Below, in pieces: positions 62,951 to 64,000 of a stretch of 64,000 nt of DNA (the stretch's first letter is position 1; every line of letters starts with the position of its first letter). The position numbers and the translations under genes are program-made. The stretch spans positions 48,151-112,150 of the forward strand of contig NW_021832538.1 of the NCBI RefSeq assembly GCF_006345805.1, given 5' to 3'. A model generated the notes under the pieces. That model saw only the letters and a list, made by a program, of their open reading frames with translations, did no database searches and had not been told where the DNA came from. Source of the stretch: Octopus sinensis. Its lineage: Eukaryota.

Positions 62951-64000
62951 CCATTAATTGGGTGAAATATATATATATATATATGCATATATATTTATAC
63001 CCGCATGTGTGTGTGTATACATGTATAAACACATACACACACATATAATGGTTTTATGGACTTTAATAAGGCAACGAGGTACTAAAATAAAATGTATTTT
63101 CCATTGAATTGCGTTATCTTGAAGACGTAGTGTTGTTCAAATTAGCTTAAGTATCTCAGGACGTTTTGAAATCCCAGATAACAATGTCTGAGTGTTTGAT
63201 CTTTTCATTATTTGTGTGAAATTTCAACTGTTATGCCAACACGTTAAAACATATTAGTTATAGTCATAATTCTGAAGAATAGCAACACTTAATGCTTTAT
63301 AGAAATAGTAAATGCTTACATAACATTAATGTGCGTAAACTTATATTTATGTGTGTGTGTGTGTGTGTGTATGTGTGTATAGACATATATAAATAAGGAT
63401 TGTGGATGTGAATGGCTAGGGAGGGTGTACACACAAATTCTATAAAGCATGAAATCTTTCTATTCATTAAAATTATGACTATAACTAATATGATTTAATG
63501 TGTTGGCGTAGCAGTTAAAATTTCATGCAGACATTGAAAAGATTCACAAGTCAGACATTGTTATCTGGGACAAGACAACGCCTAGAAATACTTTTAATAG
63601 TTTAAACAACGCTAGGTCTTTAAGATAATGCGTTACAGTGGAAAACAAATTTCATGAGCGCTTGTTCTTCATGGAAGGATTGAAGTTCAACACTACAAGC
63701 TAACAGACCATTTATTAATTATAATTATTCGTCATTGTTTAGAGTGAAGTGCTGTGCATTCTCATATCAAGTATCAGAACTTATCATGGCATCTAAATTT
63801 AAGTGGGTTAAATGCAACATTTAAGTGTACTTTCCACTTGTAACCGGGTTCTTTGTTTACAGTTATACAGTCTACCCTCATATGTTACATACGCTATATC
63901 GAAGTGTACTGACCATGTGGCGGTGACCTGTACTTCGCTATAGGATCAACTAGATGGTCTGGCAGTGCTGAGCTAACCTTTACTTCTAGATCAAGTATGA

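Overview
AT-rich, repeat-saturated animal DNA. The SINE and microsatellite repertoire suggests an octopus or other coleoid cephalopod; this is recalled resemblance, not a database result. I found no confident host protein-coding gene, and nearly all supplied ORFs are microsatellite or SINE artefacts. The window holds several tRNA-derived SINE families (my labels A-E, H), non-autonomous Helitrons (5'-TC, 3' hairpin-CTAG), hAT/piggyBac/8-bp-TSD MITEs, an internally deleted Merlin (IS1595-like) transposon, and decayed fragments of RTE, CR1-group, R4/Dong-like and HERO-like LINEs plus a Helitron/PIF1 helicase. Best leads: (1) a 79-nt pre-miRNA-like hairpin whose seven non-Watson-Crick pairs are all G.U on the + strand; (2) an apparent LINE partner of SINE B sharing a covarying 3' stem-loop and tail repeat; (3) a covarying structured motif at two loci, one in a HERO-like 3' UTR; (4) four decayed minimal hammerhead ribozymes of Penelope type; (5) a composite Helitron present twice; (6) a 309-bp palindrome. 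I see no CRISPR, prophage or other prokaryotic system. Coordinates were counted by eye, so expect errors of a few bases, and more for decayed elements.
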